A stretch of DNA of 64,000 nucleotides from an uncultured Gemmataceae bacterium (lineage in GTDB: Bacteria > Planctomycetota > Planctomycetia > Gemmatales > Gemmataceae), in contig CAVVPN010000003.1 of assembly GCA_963750165.1 (NCBI GenBank), positions 1,440,001 through 1,504,000 of the forward strand, given 5' to 3'. This document shows, in pieces, positions 9,800 through 20,379 of the stretch; the first letter of the stretch is position 1; each line of letters opens with the position of its first letter. The position numbers and the translations under genes were made by a program. The notes under the pieces were generated by a model that was given only the letters and a program-made list of their open reading frames with translations, searched no databases and was not told the DNA's origin.

Positions 9800-9850
9800 G
9801 TCGGAGCCCGAGCGTCAGCGCGGGGCCAGCGCTGGCGCTCGGGCTCCGAC
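9800..9850. repeat. REP-like palindrome family A between convergent genes
   Basis: GTCGGAGCCCGAGCGTCAGCGC / GCGCTGGCGCTCGGGCTCCGAC. Confidence 0.8.
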
Positions 9851-9867
9851 CCGAAGCACGAACCGCC

Positions 9868-11716
9868 TCACGACTTCGGCGTGTCGCCTTTGGGCCGCAG
9901 GTTGCGCAGCCGCGCGTTGAGCGAGTGCTCCTCCGCGACGACCGCCGGGACCGGCGATGGCCGATCCGGGCCGGAGCCGGTCTTACGCTCGTGCATCTCC
10001 TCCCGCAGTTTTTGCACCGGGGCCAGCCGCTCGCGCATGTTGTGCTCGCGCTGCAGCCGCTCCGTCTCCAACCGGATGTCCTCGCGCATCCGCTCCATGC
10101 GCGTCCGCTCGCGGGCCATCTCGGCACGCTCGCGGGCCATCTCCAGCTCCAGCTCGCGCGTCGCCTCGTCCAGCTCGGCGTTGCGGTCGCGAAACATCTG
10201 GATTTCCTGGTTCAACCGGGCCTGGTCCGCCTCCAGCTGGCGGCGGTACTGGTTCAATTCTTCCTCGTAGAGATTGAAGTCCGCCTCGGACTCGGGCGAC
10301 CGCTCCCGCTTCTTCCCCGCCTCCGCCAGCTGGGCGTCTTTTTCCTGGAGCAGTTTCCGCAGTAGCTCGACCTCGGCCTGGAGCGCCGGCGCGTCCGGGA
10401 CCGGCGGCGGGGCCTGGGGATGTGCCTGCAGGGCGTGCCGGAGCCGCTCGTGTTCGGCGTTCAGGGCGTGCTTCATCCGTTCGTGCTCCGCGTGCAGCGC
10501 CTTCAACTGGTCCTGGTGCCGCTGCTCGTCGTCCTGCAGCGTTTGCAGCAGCGCCTTCTGATCCTGGCGCATGGCCTGCACTTCCTCGTCGCGCCGCTGC
10601 TGCACCTCCGCCAGCGCCTGCCGCAACCGTTCGTTCTCCTGATGGAGCGCGTCCGCCGCGTCGCCCTGCGGCGCAGGCGCGGCGGGCAACTTTTCCAGTT
10701 CGGCCACCATGGCCGCGATGCTGGCGCCTGCTCGCGCAGGGCCTGCTCTGCCTCCGTGATGGCGACACACTGCCGCTCCAGCCGTGCCCGCACGTCCGCC
10801 TGGGCTGTCAACCAATCCGCACGCATGCTCGGGGTCCTCTCGGGGTCCGTCTGCAATTCCTGGAGCCGTTTGGCCAGTTCCGCCTGGCCCTGCGCCAGCC
10901 GGGCCCGCTCCTGATCCAGCCTGGCCTGCTGCTGCTCGACCTCCTGCGCGGCCCACTGCACCTCCAGCCGCCGCCGCTCCAGCTCGGCCGCCAGTTTCCG
11001 CTTCGTGAGGCGGGCCTCCTGCTCGCTCTGCCGCCGCCGTTCCGCTGCCTCGGCGTCCAGGGCCGCCCGCCGCGCCTTCAGTTCGTCGTCGAACTGACGG
11101 ATGCTCTTCTGCAGGACCATCTGCTCCTTGCGCAGCAGTTCGCGGTCGCAACTCAGGTCGCGCTCGCCTTCCTCCAGCAGCCGTAACCGCTGCTCGTAGT
11201 CGCACACCCGGCGCGCAGGCCGGACAGCTGTTGCCGAATCGCGACCGGCGGCACCCCATTCGCCGGCGCGGCCGCCGGGCGCTGCCGGAGCGCCTGCCGC
11301 AGCCGCAGCGCCTGGCGGACGAGGTTCTTCCGCGAGCGCTGCAGGCGCTGGATCAGGCGCTCGTCCGCCGCGGGCCGGGCCGGGGCGGCGCCGGGCAGGT
11401 GGACGCGGAAGCTGAAGGGGCCGATCTGCAGCAGGTCGCCGTCCGTCAGGCGCTCCTCGCGAATCTTGTTGCCGTTGACGCGGGTGCCGGCGCGGCTGCC
11501 GAGATCACGGATGCGGAAGCCGTCGGGCTGGCGACTGATGACGCAGTGCGCGTGCGAGATGTCCGGGGCGTCGAGCCCCAAATCGCAGCCGCGGGCCCGG
11601 CCGATCAGCAGCGCGTCCTGATCGAGCAGCCGGTTGCAGCGCGCGGTGGTGCCGTGGACCAGAATCAGCGAGGGCTTGGTCAAATCGGTGGTGGCGTCGT
11701 CGTGTTTGCTGGTCAT
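9868..11716 (-). CDS. FHA domain + long coiled-coil protein, two frameshifts (~11207, ~10720)
   Basis: IGRARGCD...ISHAHC...DLGSRAGTRVNG FHA motif; E/Q/R/L heptads continue across three ORFs. Confidence 0.75.
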
Positions 11717-11924
11717 GGTGAATCCCGTGGGCAGGTGTTTCGGTTCGGGCTGTGCGGGTGGTGGTTGAATCCTGCGACGGGACGCGCAACTATAGCTCAA
11801 AAACTGCGGGGAAGCGTCCGAAAGCCTGTCCCGCGAGCCGGGAGCAGCAGGACGTGGGAAAAACTCGACGGCTCGGGAGAGCCGTCCTACGGTTCGTGGT
11901 CAACGCGCCTGGGAACGGGCCGCG

Positions 11925-13280
11925 TCAGCCGGCCGTCAGCAGTGGTCGCAGTTCCCCCGCGAAAAACACCGATCCGGTGACGCAGATCAGGTCCGCCGGC
12001 CGCGCCGTTGCCACCGCCGCTTGCCATGCCTCGGCCGGTGTCGCGTAAAGGCTGTGCGCGCCGCCGCCCACCGCCTGCCAGTGTCCCGCCAGCGTCTCGG
12101 CGGGGACGGCCCGCGGGTTGTGCGTGTAGCGCGTCAGGTAGGCGTGCGTGAACAGCGGCGCCAGCACGCGCAGCATCCCGGACAGATCCTTGTCGCTGCT
12201 GCCGGCGAAGACCAGGTGCCGCTGCGCCTCCGCCGCGAACGCTGCCGGGAACGTCGTCCACAGCGTGTCCGCCAGCGCCTGCGCCGACGCCACGTTATGG
12301 GCGCAGTCCAGCAGCACCAGCGGCGCCCGCCGCACCACCTCCAGCCGCGCCGGCCACGATACCTCCGCCAGCCCCGCCGCCAGCGCCGCGTCCGGCACGT
12401 GCAGCCCCTCGGCCCGCAGCTGCTCCGTCGCCGCCACCACCAGCGCCGCGTTCTGCGCCTGGTGCTCGCCCAGCAGCGCCAGCTCCAGCGGCGGCCACTG
12501 CCGATCGCGCGTCGCCACGAACACGCGCGGCGGCCGCTGAGCCTCCGCGGTCAGGCAGCCCGGCTCGTAGCGGTAGCGGAAGTCCACGCCGAGCTGCCGC
12601 AGCGGCGCGCCACGCGCGCGGCAGACGCGCTCGATGACCGCCCGCGCTTCCGGCACGCGCACGCCGCTCAGCGCCGGCTGGCCCGGCTTGACGATGCCCG
12701 CCTTCTCGAAGGCGATCTGCGCCAGCGTGTCGCCCAGCTGCTGCGTGTGATCGTAGCTGATGCTCGTGAGGATCGACAGCAGCGGCACGCAGACGTTGGT
12801 CGAGTCGAAGCGACCGCCCAGGCCGACCTCGACCACCGCCACCTCGACCCGCCGCCGTACGAAGTGCAGAAAGCCCAGCGCCGTCGCCACCTCGAAGAAC
12901 GTCACTGCTGCCGCGTCCGCCGGCCGCCGGGCGTCCAGCTCGCTCACCACCGGCGCCAGGTCTGTCAGCACCGCCGCCAGTTCTTCCCGGCTGATCGGCA
13001 CACCATCGACCTGCACGCGCTCCTCGACCCGGCACAGGTGCGGCGACGTGAACAGACCGGTGCGGTAGCCGGCCCGCCGCAGCGCCGCCGCCAGCATGGC
13101 GCTGGTCGAGCCCTTGCCCTTGCTGCCGGCGACGTGGACGATGCGCAGCCGCTCCTGCGGATTGCCCAGCCGGTCGAGCAGGGCGTGCATGCGGTCCAGC
13201 TTCAGGTCGCTCGGTTTGGGGGAGCGCTGTTCGTAGTTGACGCGGCCGAACCAGAACTGCACGGCCTGCTCGTAGGTCAT
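11925..13280 (-). CDS. folC: Bifunctional folylpolyglutamate synthase/dihydrofolate synthase
   Basis: HVAGSKGKGS, FTSPHL, EVGLGGRFDSTN, FEKAGI, LDCAHN, VTGS. Confidence 0.95.
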   Translation of the reverse strand: MTYEQAVQFWFGRVNYEQRSPKPSDLKLDRMHALLDRLGNPQERLRIVHVAGSKGKGSTSAMLAAALRRAGYRTGLFTSPHLCRVEERVQVDGVPISREELAAVLTDLAPVVSELDARRPADAAAVTFFEVATALGFLHFVRRRVEVAVVEVGLGGRFDSTNVCVPLLSILTSISYDHTQQLGDTLAQIAFEKAGIVKPGQPALSGVRVPEARAVIERVCRARGAPLRQLGVDFRYRYEPGCLTAEAQRPPRVFVATRDRQWPPLELALLGEHQAQNAALVVAATEQLRAEGLHVPDAALAAGLAEVSWPARLEVVRRAPLVLLDCAHNVASAQALADTLWTTFPAAFAAEAQRHLVFAGSSDKDLSGMLRVLAPLFTHAYLTRYTHNPRAVPAETLAGHWQAVGGGAHSLYATPAEAWQAAVATARPADLICVTGSVFFAGELRPLLTAG

Positions 13281-13284
13281 CACG

Positions 13285-15717
13285 TCACCCCGACACGTCG
13301 GGCGGCTGCGTCCGCAGCAGGGCCTCGATGCGCCGCTGCCACTGCAACGGCTCGCACAGCAGTTCCTTCGACAGCACCACATTCGCCCCGGCCGCCAGCC
13401 CCTGCTCGATGTCGTCCTCGGTCACCTGCGTGAACAGGGCGATGCGCAGATTCGCCAGCGCGGGGACCGTCCGCAATTTCTCACACAGCGCGATGCCGTC
13501 CATGCCCGGCAGCTTGCGGTCCAGCAGCATCAGGTCGGGCCGCTCCTGCTGCAAGTAGTCCCAGGCCGCCTCGGCGCTGGTCAGCCAGGTAAGCTGGAAG
13601 CCGGCCCGCTGGGCGAAGCGCTCCACCAGCCGGCCGATCTCGGCCATGTCCTCGACGAGCAGCAGTCTCGCCCCCGGCACCGCCGGCGCCGGCGGCGGCG
13701 GCAGCGCCTCGGTGGCGCGGCGGCCGTTGAGCCGGGTCTCGGCGAGCAACCGTGACGGTTTCTCCGGGGCGCGCGGCAGCGTGAAGTAGAAGGCGGCGCC
13801 CTGGCCCGGCTGCGACTCGACCCAGAGCCGGCCGCCGTGCGCCTCGACGATGCGCTTGCAGATGGCCAGGCCGGCGCCGGTGCCCTCGAACTCGTCGTTG
13901 AGGTGCAGCCGCTGGAAGATGTTGAAAATCTGCTCGTGGTGCTGCGGGTCAATGCCGATGCCGTTGTCGCGCACGTACAGCGTCACCCACCCTGGGTCGG
14001 CCGCATCGGTTGCCTGGCCGAGGCAGACCCGCGGCGTCGCGCTGCGGTTGTACTTCAGACCGTTGCTGACCAGGTTCATCACCAGCTGTGTGATGCCCTC
14101 CGGATCGCCCAGGACAGTCGGCAGCGGCCCCTCGGTGTGAAAGCTGGCCTCCTTGCGCTGCATCAGGTCGCCGAGGTACTGGCGGACCTGGGCCACGGCC
14201 GCGTTCAGGTCGAACGGTTGCGGCGCCCGCGTGACCCGGCCGATGCGCGACAGCTTCAGCAAATCCTCAATGCGCTTCTTGAGGCGGCGGCTGGCGGACA
14301 GCAGGTGGTTGATGCACTCGAAGCCGTCGGGGCCGAGTTGCAGCGAAAACTCGCGGGCCAGATCCTGGCTGTACGCCTCCAGGGTGTTGAGCGGTTCCTT
14401 GAGGTCGTGGGAGACGACGTAGTTGTAGGCGTCGAGTTCAGCGTTGATCTTGCGGAGGCCGGCGTTGGCCTGCTCCAGTTCGTCGCGGCGGCGGCGTAGC
14501 TCGTTGGCCAGCCGGCTGCGCTCGGTCACGTCCTGGGCGGCGCTGCGCGAGCGGATGAAGCGGCCCTGGGAGTCGCACAGCGGTTCGCTGAGGATCCACA
14601 CGTCGATGATGGTGCCGTCGCTTTTGAGCCAGCGCGTCTCAACCTGGTCGGCCCGCTGGTAGGCGGCCGGGGCCTGCTCAAAGGCGTCGCGGCTTTCCGG
14701 CGGCAGCAGGCGGGTGTACGGCTGCCGCAGCAGGTCGCGGCGCTCGAAGCCCAGCGTCCGCAGCAAGGTGTCATTGAAGAACACCAGCCGGCCCTGGGCG
14801 TCGAGGCTGAAGTACATCACCGGGGCGTTGTTGTACAGGTCGTAGGAGCGCTCCGTGAGCTGGGCCAGGCGCTCGTTGGCCTGCGACAGCTCCTCGGTGC
14901 GGCGCCGCAGTTCCTGCTCGGCGCGGATGCGGTCGGTGATGTCAATGAGGTAGCAGCGGAACTGCTCGGGACTGCCTTCATCGGTGTAGCGCGTGAGCAC
15001 GTCCACAAGGACGTGGCGCTCCTCGCGGCGCGGGCCGGCGAGCAGGCGGGCGGTCAGATGATGGCGTTCGCCGGTCTGCAGCGCCTCGGCGAAGCCGGCC
15101 TGGACGGGGTGGGCGTCGTCGGGATGAACCACGTCCAGGAACGAATGGCCGTTGAGTTCGGCGAGCGGTCGGCCGAGGAGTCGCTGCAGCGCGGGGGTGG
15201 CGGTCAGCCAGTGCAGGGTGGGCGTCAGCCGCGCGACCATGTTGCGGCTGGAGCCGGTGGTGCGCTGCAGGACGGTGAGGCGCTGGCCCTTGAGCGAGTC
15301 GGCCGCGTCGAGTTTGAACTTGAGGCGCTCGACTTTTTGCTGATGCTGGACGCAGTCGGCGAGGGCCTGGCGGTACAGGGCGCACAGGCGGCGCACCGCG
15401 TCAAACAGGCCGGCCAGGGCGCGATCCGGGAGCAGCTGGGGCGGCGTTTCGGGGGTGGTGTTTGCGGTGGCGTTGGCGCAGAAGGCGGCGAGGCTGTCCG
15501 CCAGCTGGTGGGCGAGATCGCGGCCGCGCCGGCAGGCGACCGCGGCGGTGGCGCAGGCGGTCAGGCCGGTCAGCAGGGCGACGAGGGCCGCCTGTTCGAG
15601 GAGCAGCAGGCCGTCCGCGGCGGCGCCGCGCAGCGTGACGTGCAGGCTGAACAGGACGGCGGCCCCCAGCCCCAGCAACAGGCTCCAGACGGCGACACGC
15701 CAGATTGATGCGGGCAT
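13285..15717 (-). CDS. Membrane hybrid sensor histidine kinase (2 TM, 2 PAS, HisKA, HATPase, REC)
   Basis: SHDLKEPL H-box, NLVSNGLKY, DNGIGI, GAGLAICKRIVEAHGG; C-terminal receiver LLLVED...LLD..LPGMDG. Confidence 0.92.
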   Translation of the reverse strand: MPASIWRVAVWSLLLGLGAAVLFSLHVTLRGAAADGLLLLEQAALVALLTGLTACATAAVACRRGRDLAHQLADSLAAFCANATANTTPETPPQLLPDRALAGLFDAVRRLCALYRQALADCVQHQQKVERLKFKLDAADSLKGQRLTVLQRTTGSSRNMVARLTPTLHWLTATPALQRLLGRPLAELNGHSFLDVVHPDDAHPVQAGFAEALQTGERHHLTARLLAGPRREERHVLVDVLTRYTDEGSPEQFRCYLIDITDRIRAEQELRRRTEELSQANERLAQLTERSYDLYNNAPVMYFSLDAQGRLVFFNDTLLRTLGFERRDLLRQPYTRLLPPESRDAFEQAPAAYQRADQVETRWLKSDGTIIDVWILSEPLCDSQGRFIRSRSAAQDVTERSRLANELRRRRDELEQANAGLRKINAELDAYNYVVSHDLKEPLNTLEAYSQDLAREFSLQLGPDGFECINHLLSASRRLKKRIEDLLKLSRIGRVTRAPQPFDLNAAVAQVRQYLGDLMQRKEASFHTEGPLPTVLGDPEGITQLVMNLVSNGLKYNRSATPRVCLGQATDAADPGWVTLYVRDNGIGIDPQHHEQIFNIFQRLHLNDEFEGTGAGLAICKRIVEAHGGRLWVESQPGQGAAFYFTLPRAPEKPSRLLAETRLNGRRATEALPPPPAPAVPGARLLLVEDMAEIGRLVERFAQRAGFQLTWLTSAEAAWDYLQQERPDLMLLDRKLPGMDGIALCEKLRTVPALANLRIALFTQVTEDDIEQGLAAGANVVLSKELLCEPLQWQRRIEALLRTQPPDVSG

Positions 15718-15821
15718 ACGGCATCCATTGCTGCACACGCGAGAAATTGCCAGCACACACTATACATAGATAGGCGCGCTTTTGCCATGAGCCAAACGAG
15801 CGGCCGCAGGTGAGAGTGGTG

Positions 15822-16058
15822 TCAGGGCATTCGCAGCAGAACTTCCCAGGTGGCCGGGACGGCCACGGCATCCAGCATCCGAAGAAGCCGCTCCAGGTCG
15901 GTGCTGGACATCACCGCCGCCCGGACGGCGTCGTCTGGGGGACCAAGTTGGCGTTCACCGAATGCCAGGAGCAGGTTTCTAGCCGTCAGAAGCTAGCCCT
16001 CTCGGTAACCGGCCATGAACCTGTCATAAGCGGTTTCGGAACTGTCCTGGTCACTCAC
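15822..16058 (-). pseudogene. Stand-alone Rpn C-terminal (RpnS/DUF4351-like) gene with in-frame TAG at codon 22
   Basis: AAGGAG RBS + GTG; MSDQDSSETAYDRFMAGYREG*LLTARNLLLAFGERQLGPPDDAVRAAVMSSTDLERLLRMLDAVAVPATWEVLLRMP aligns with the C-terminus of the upstream gene; absent from the ORF track. Confidence 0.7.
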
Positions 16059-16130
16059 GGGTGGGTTCTCCTTCGCGTCCGCCGAAAACCAGAGGTTCAC
16101 TTACTCTTCCCGGTGCCGGCGCCTGGGATT

Positions 16131-17009
16131 TTATTGTTCTTTTAGCAGGTCTTCCCAACTGGTCGCCTTGTGTGCCCGTCGTGCCAGCCGATGAAAGGTG
16201 GCCACATCCGTAATGCTGGCCAGGGCGGCGCGTGTGGCCTCATCTGCCGGCCCCAGGAACTCCTCACCGAGCTCAAGCAATAAATCCAGGGCCGCCTGGC
16301 GGGCCTCCTGGAGGCCCTTCTGACGACCTTCTTCCAGGATGGCCATGTAGGTCGAAGATTCGTGCATGCCATTGACTCCCTTGAACAGCTGTTTGGCGAA
16401 CTCCTCCGGGCCCCGCAGCCCGGTCAACACGAATGCCGCGGTCAGCAACCGGCCAACCTGGTCCGGCGATGCCTCGCGGTGCAGCCGCTCCTCCATCTGT
16501 TTTACGACCGCCGCCAGACCCGCCGACAACTCCACGCCCGGCGGCAGCTGGCCCAGCGGCGCCAGCGGCAGCACGCCCACCTCGGCCGCCAGCAAGGTTG
16601 CCACCGGCACTTCCCACAAGCGAACCGTTTCGTACTTGAACTCCATTTTACCCCGTTTGGGGCGTGGCGCGTAGTGGATGCGGCCGTTCAGGTTGCGGTG
16701 CGCCGCCTCCGGGCGCAGCAACGTGACGGTCGAATGCACAGGCACGTCGTATTGGCGATGCAGCAGGCTATTGTACACCAGCACGTCGCGGTGCTTGCGG
16801 GCCGACGCGCTTACCTGGAAGTCGAAGTGGGAGATCTCCTGCAACGGGTCGCCCAGTCCCAGCACCAGGTCGGCCGCAGTGGTCACCGTGGACAGGTCCG
16901 GGTTGAGCACCGTCACCGGCAGCGCAGTCGGCGCGTCGAACAACGCCAGCAGACCGCCCGGGCTGACCGCGCCCAGGTCTTTCAACGTCGCGTCGAAGGG
17001 ATGCGACAT
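16131..17009 (-). CDS. Rpn-family recombination-promoting nuclease/putative transposase (PD-(D/E)XK) with DUF4351-like C-terminus
   Basis: FDATLK, ADLV, HFDFQ, Y.VPVHSTV.LLRP, VRLWE, LPLAPL, MHESSTY..ILEEG motifs; AGGAGG RBS. Confidence 0.8.
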   Translation of the reverse strand: MSHPFDATLKDLGAVSPGGLLALFDAPTALPVTVLNPDLSTVTTAADLVLGLGDPLQEISHFDFQVSASARKHRDVLVYNSLLHRQYDVPVHSTVTLLRPEAAHRNLNGRIHYAPRPKRGKMEFKYETVRLWEVPVATLLAAEVGVLPLAPLGQLPPGVELSAGLAAVVKQMEERLHREASPDQVGRLLTAAFVLTGLRGPEEFAKQLFKGVNGMHESSTYMAILEEGRQKGLQEARQAALDLLLELGEEFLGPADEATRAALASITDVATFHRLARRAHKATSWEDLLKEQ

Positions 17010-17076
17010 GACTCCTCCTTTATAAACCCCGAAAGCCGGAAGGGGCAAAGCGCAGAGCGCACGCCACCCCTTCCGG

Positions 17077-17111
17077 CCACGGACCACGGACCACGGACTG
17101 CGGACCACGGA
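17077..17111. repeat. Heptamer tandem repeat (CCACGGA)x5
   Basis: ccacgga ccacgga ccacgga ctgcgga ccacgga. Confidence 0.8.
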
Positions 17112-17134
17112 CGATTAGCGCGGTTTGCAGGTGC

Positions 17135-17220
17135 GTGTAGCGGGTAGTAGGTCCGGCGAGCCGAGCCGGACCCGCAGCGGGTGCCGCTCGGCTCGCGGCA
17201 CCTACCCCAGACCGCTACAC
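17135..17220. repeat. REP-like palindrome (GTAGGTCCGGCGAGCCGAGC...GCTCGGCTCGCGGCACCTAC)
   Basis: GTAG...CTAC-bounded hairpin within a GTGTAGCGG/CCGCTACAC stem. Confidence 0.65.
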
Positions 17221-17236
17221 CCAACCGCAATCCACT

Positions 17237-19419
17237 TTAGCCGCCCTGCACCGGCAGACACACCTGCTCCAGCAGTTTCTCGCAGCGGTCCTGCAGCAGG
17301 TCGGCCAGGTTCGGCAGTGGTTGGCCCTCCGGCAGCGTCTCGCCCAGCGCCGCCAGGAAGCGCGGGAAACCGTACAGCACCGCGAAGCCGTCCAGGCTCA
17401 CCGCCTCCAGCCGCGCGTGCCGGCCGCGCCGCTCCGCGTCCTGCCACAGCGTCTTGCTCTTGCCGGTCAAGGACAGGTCATCCTCGGGCCGCAGCAGAAT
17501 CAGGTGGTCGATTAACGGCGGCGTCGCTTCCAGTGAGCCGAGCTTGGTCTCCAGGTCCTTCGGCTTGCCGGGACCGCGGCCCAGGAACAGGCCGACGCCG
17601 AGCTTCCACGGCTGGCCATCCTTGCACGCCCAGTGCGCGATCGTCAGCACGCCATAGGTCGGGTGCTCGCCGAACGTCAGCTCGCCGACGACGTGCTGCA
17701 ACCGCCACGGCCCCACCTTGACGCCGTGGTCCTGGCACAGTTGCAGGAACGCGCCGAGGCCCGCCTGCAGCTCGCGCGTCGCGCCGGTCAACGCGCCCTC
17801 GGGCTCCAGTTGACGGCGGCCGCTGCGCAGTTCCTGGTCCCACAGTTCGCCGAGGTTCACCTTGACCGGGACTGGCGGCGCGACGGATGGGTTGCTGCGC
17901 CAGGCCGCCAGCGGCAGAAACAGCGGGCGTCGGTTCTGCCGCTTGCGGCTGCGCGGGCGTCGGCGTTTCCACAATCGTCACCGACTTCACAACCGCCGCA
18001 GATTCGGCCGCCGACAGGCGGTTCTCTGCCGGGGCGGGCGCGTCCACCGCGGTCGCGGACTCGCCGTAGACCAGGTGGTCGAACAGATGGCGGAACTGCT
18101 GCAGCATGTCGCGCAGCGTCGGCTCCGTGCGGGCGATGCGATGCACCTGCTCCTCGGTGAACGGATAGATCGACGGCAGTTCGTCGGCGGTGCCGATCTC
18201 GTCCAGCACCGGCCGCAGTCGGGCCTCAACGACGCGGCACACCAGCTCCGGCGGCGGGCTCTCCAGCCGCAGCGCCTTGATGGTGCCGTGGCCGGGCACG
18301 TGGACGGGGTTGTTGAGCCGGTCCTGGATGTAGCCGTCCAGCGACGGCACGAAGCGATTCCACAGGCCGCGCTCCGCGAACACCAGGAAGCACATGCCGT
18401 CGATCTGGTGCATGGCGTGAACGATGCCGGCGAAGAACGCCTCGGCACCGCGCCGGCCGTCGTCGGCGCGGCGGGCCAGCAGCAAATCCTCCAGCTGGTC
18501 GAACGCGACCACCACCGGAATCTTCAGGCTCAGGAAGACCTGCATCAGCTCCTTGAGCAGCGCCAGCACCAGGTCCTGCCGGCTCGGCCGCACCTTGAAA
18601 TCCAGCTCCGCGAAGCCGTAGGTCAGGAAGTTGGCCAGGTCCGCCTCGTCGCCCAGCAGCGCCGCCCGCGCGAAGCCCTGGCGCATGCTGGCGGCGCATC
18701 AGGCCGGCGGTGTTGTGCGCCTCGGTGCGCTCCACGTGCCGGCACAGCACCTCGCAGGCGCGCTCCGGTGACACTCCACTGTCACTGCAAACGCGCCGCA
18801 CCGGCGTGGCGCCGCCGGGCTGCGTCGCCGGCCGCGCCAGCTGGTCGATCAGCCACTGCGTCCGCTCCTGCGCCTGCGACGTGCCCAGGCCCAGCTTGCG
18901 CGCCCAGCCGGCCAGCCCCGGCGCTGGGAACAACCCCAGTTGCTCGTCCCGGGTCAGAGCCGCTCAGCGCCCGTGCAGCAGTCGGCGGCACAGCTCCTCG
19001 CCGACGAACTCCAGCGGCCGCGTGCCGCGCTGACGGGCGCCGCCGAGCAGCGTGTCGATCACCTGGAACAGCAAATATTCCAGGAATTCCGTGTCCTTCT
19101 GGTAGGTGCCCGGCGTCACCAGCAGCTGCCAGGCGCCCTCGTCGCCGTGCTTGATCGAGTGCAGCAGATGTGTCTTGCCGGCGCCCTTGTTTCCGAGGAT
19201 CGGCACCACCTCGGAGTGCGTCGTCGGGTCGTAGCGGTACAGGTCCACGACGCCCAGCAGCTGGGTGCGCTCGCGGGCGAACAGCTCGGCGACGTGGAAG
19301 CGGGCGCAGACCTCATCATCGGGGTTGCGCGCGAAGTAGTTGCGGAAGGGGTTGCCGGCGCGGCGGAAGACATCCAGGGCGTGCTCGTGCAGGACCGGGG
19401 CGGCGAAGTTAACGGACAT
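17237..19419 (-). CDS. P-loop (AAA+-like) ATPase, ~725 aa, three frameshifts (~18960, ~18690, ~17940)
   Basis: Walker A GNKGAGKT, Walker B VVVAFDQLE, YIQDRL arginine-finger-like segment, IYPF; four consecutive ORFs join up. Confidence 0.75.
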
Positions 19420-19452
19420 GGGTACTCCTCCATGAGTGGGGTTGCCTGGGAG

Positions 19453-20280
19453 TCACCGGGCAACAGACGGGCCGCTCCGTGGCGGAAAGCCGTCGGGGAC
19501 CAATGGGTTGTTCAAGGGCGAATAGTGGTAGTGCAGCGCCGGGTCCAGGAACCGCCCCGGCAACATCAATTCGTCGGCGACGAAGAAGGCGTTGACGCCG
19601 GTCGAGTCGGTGGCGACCAGCGTGTAGCCCTTCTCGCGCCCCAGGGCCGCCAGCGACGCCAGGCTGGCCCCGAAGTAATTGCTGCCATCCCAGCGGTGCG
19701 CGGGGTTCTCCTGCATCACCCACAGCGCCGGCGGTGGATGCGTCGCGTTGTACTCGATCACCACCAGCCGCGGCCGCCAACGGTGGACCGCCCGCCAGAC
19801 CCAGTAATCGTTGCTGTCGATGTCGATCGACAGCACGTCAAGGTCCGCCGGCACCTCCTGGGCAGCGAGCAGGGCCTCGATGTTCGCGGAGGTGACCACC
19901 TCCCGGACGCAGCGCACCCGCGGACAGTCGCGATAGTTCGCCGTCAGCTTGGCGAAGTGCTCGGCGTCCGCTTCGAGGAACAATCCCGCCCAGCCCTCCA
20001 CGCAGGCCAGCCGGGCACAGTTGCACTGCGTCCCCGACTCGACGCCGAACTCGACGAAGTAGCGGCGCGGGCGCCGATGCGCTGCAGAATCTCGCGGATG
20101 ATGCCGTCCTCGCCGTTCTGCGAACAGACGCGGTGTTCGTAGCCGCGCAGGTCGCCGGCCTCCAGCCAGCGGCGGCGCTGCGCGGCGCAGCAGCTGGTCG
20201 ATGTCGGCGCGCAGGCCGCCGGAGCGCACCAACCACAGGGCGCCGCGGACGACCGAGGCCAGGTTGCGCAAGAACGGCAT
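19453..20280 (-). CDS. FkbM-like SAM-dependent methyltransferase, frameshift ~20070
   Basis: SQNGEDGII, FVEFG, LSIDIDSNDYWVW, IEYN, GASL, GVNAFFV. Confidence 0.8.
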   Translation of the reverse strand: MPFLRNLASVVRGALWLVRSGGLRADIDQLLRRAAPPLAGGRRPARLRTPRLFAERRGRHHPRDSAAHRRPRRYFVEFGVESGTQCNCARLACVEGWAGLFLEADAEHFAKLTANYRDCPRVRCVREVVTSANIEALLAAQEVPADLDVLSIDIDSNDYWVWRAVHRWRPRLVVIEYNATHPPPALWVMQENPAHRWDGSNYFGASLASLAALGREKGYTLVATDSTGVNAFFVADELMLPGRFLDPALHYHYSPLNNPLVPDGFPPRSGPSVAR

Positions 20281-20297
20281 GGAAACTTCCGTGTTGT

Positions 20298-20358
20298 GTC
20301 CGAGCCCGAGCGCCAGCGCGGGGCCAAGCGTGCCCCGCGCTGGCGCTCGGGCTCGGAC
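20298..20358. repeat. REP-like palindrome family A
   Basis: 27-bp perfect stem GTCCGAGCCCGAGCGCCAGCGCGGGGC / GCCCCGCGCTGGCGCTCGGGCTCGGAC. Confidence 0.85.
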
Positions 20359-20379
20359 CAGTCGGCAGAAAAACCCCCG

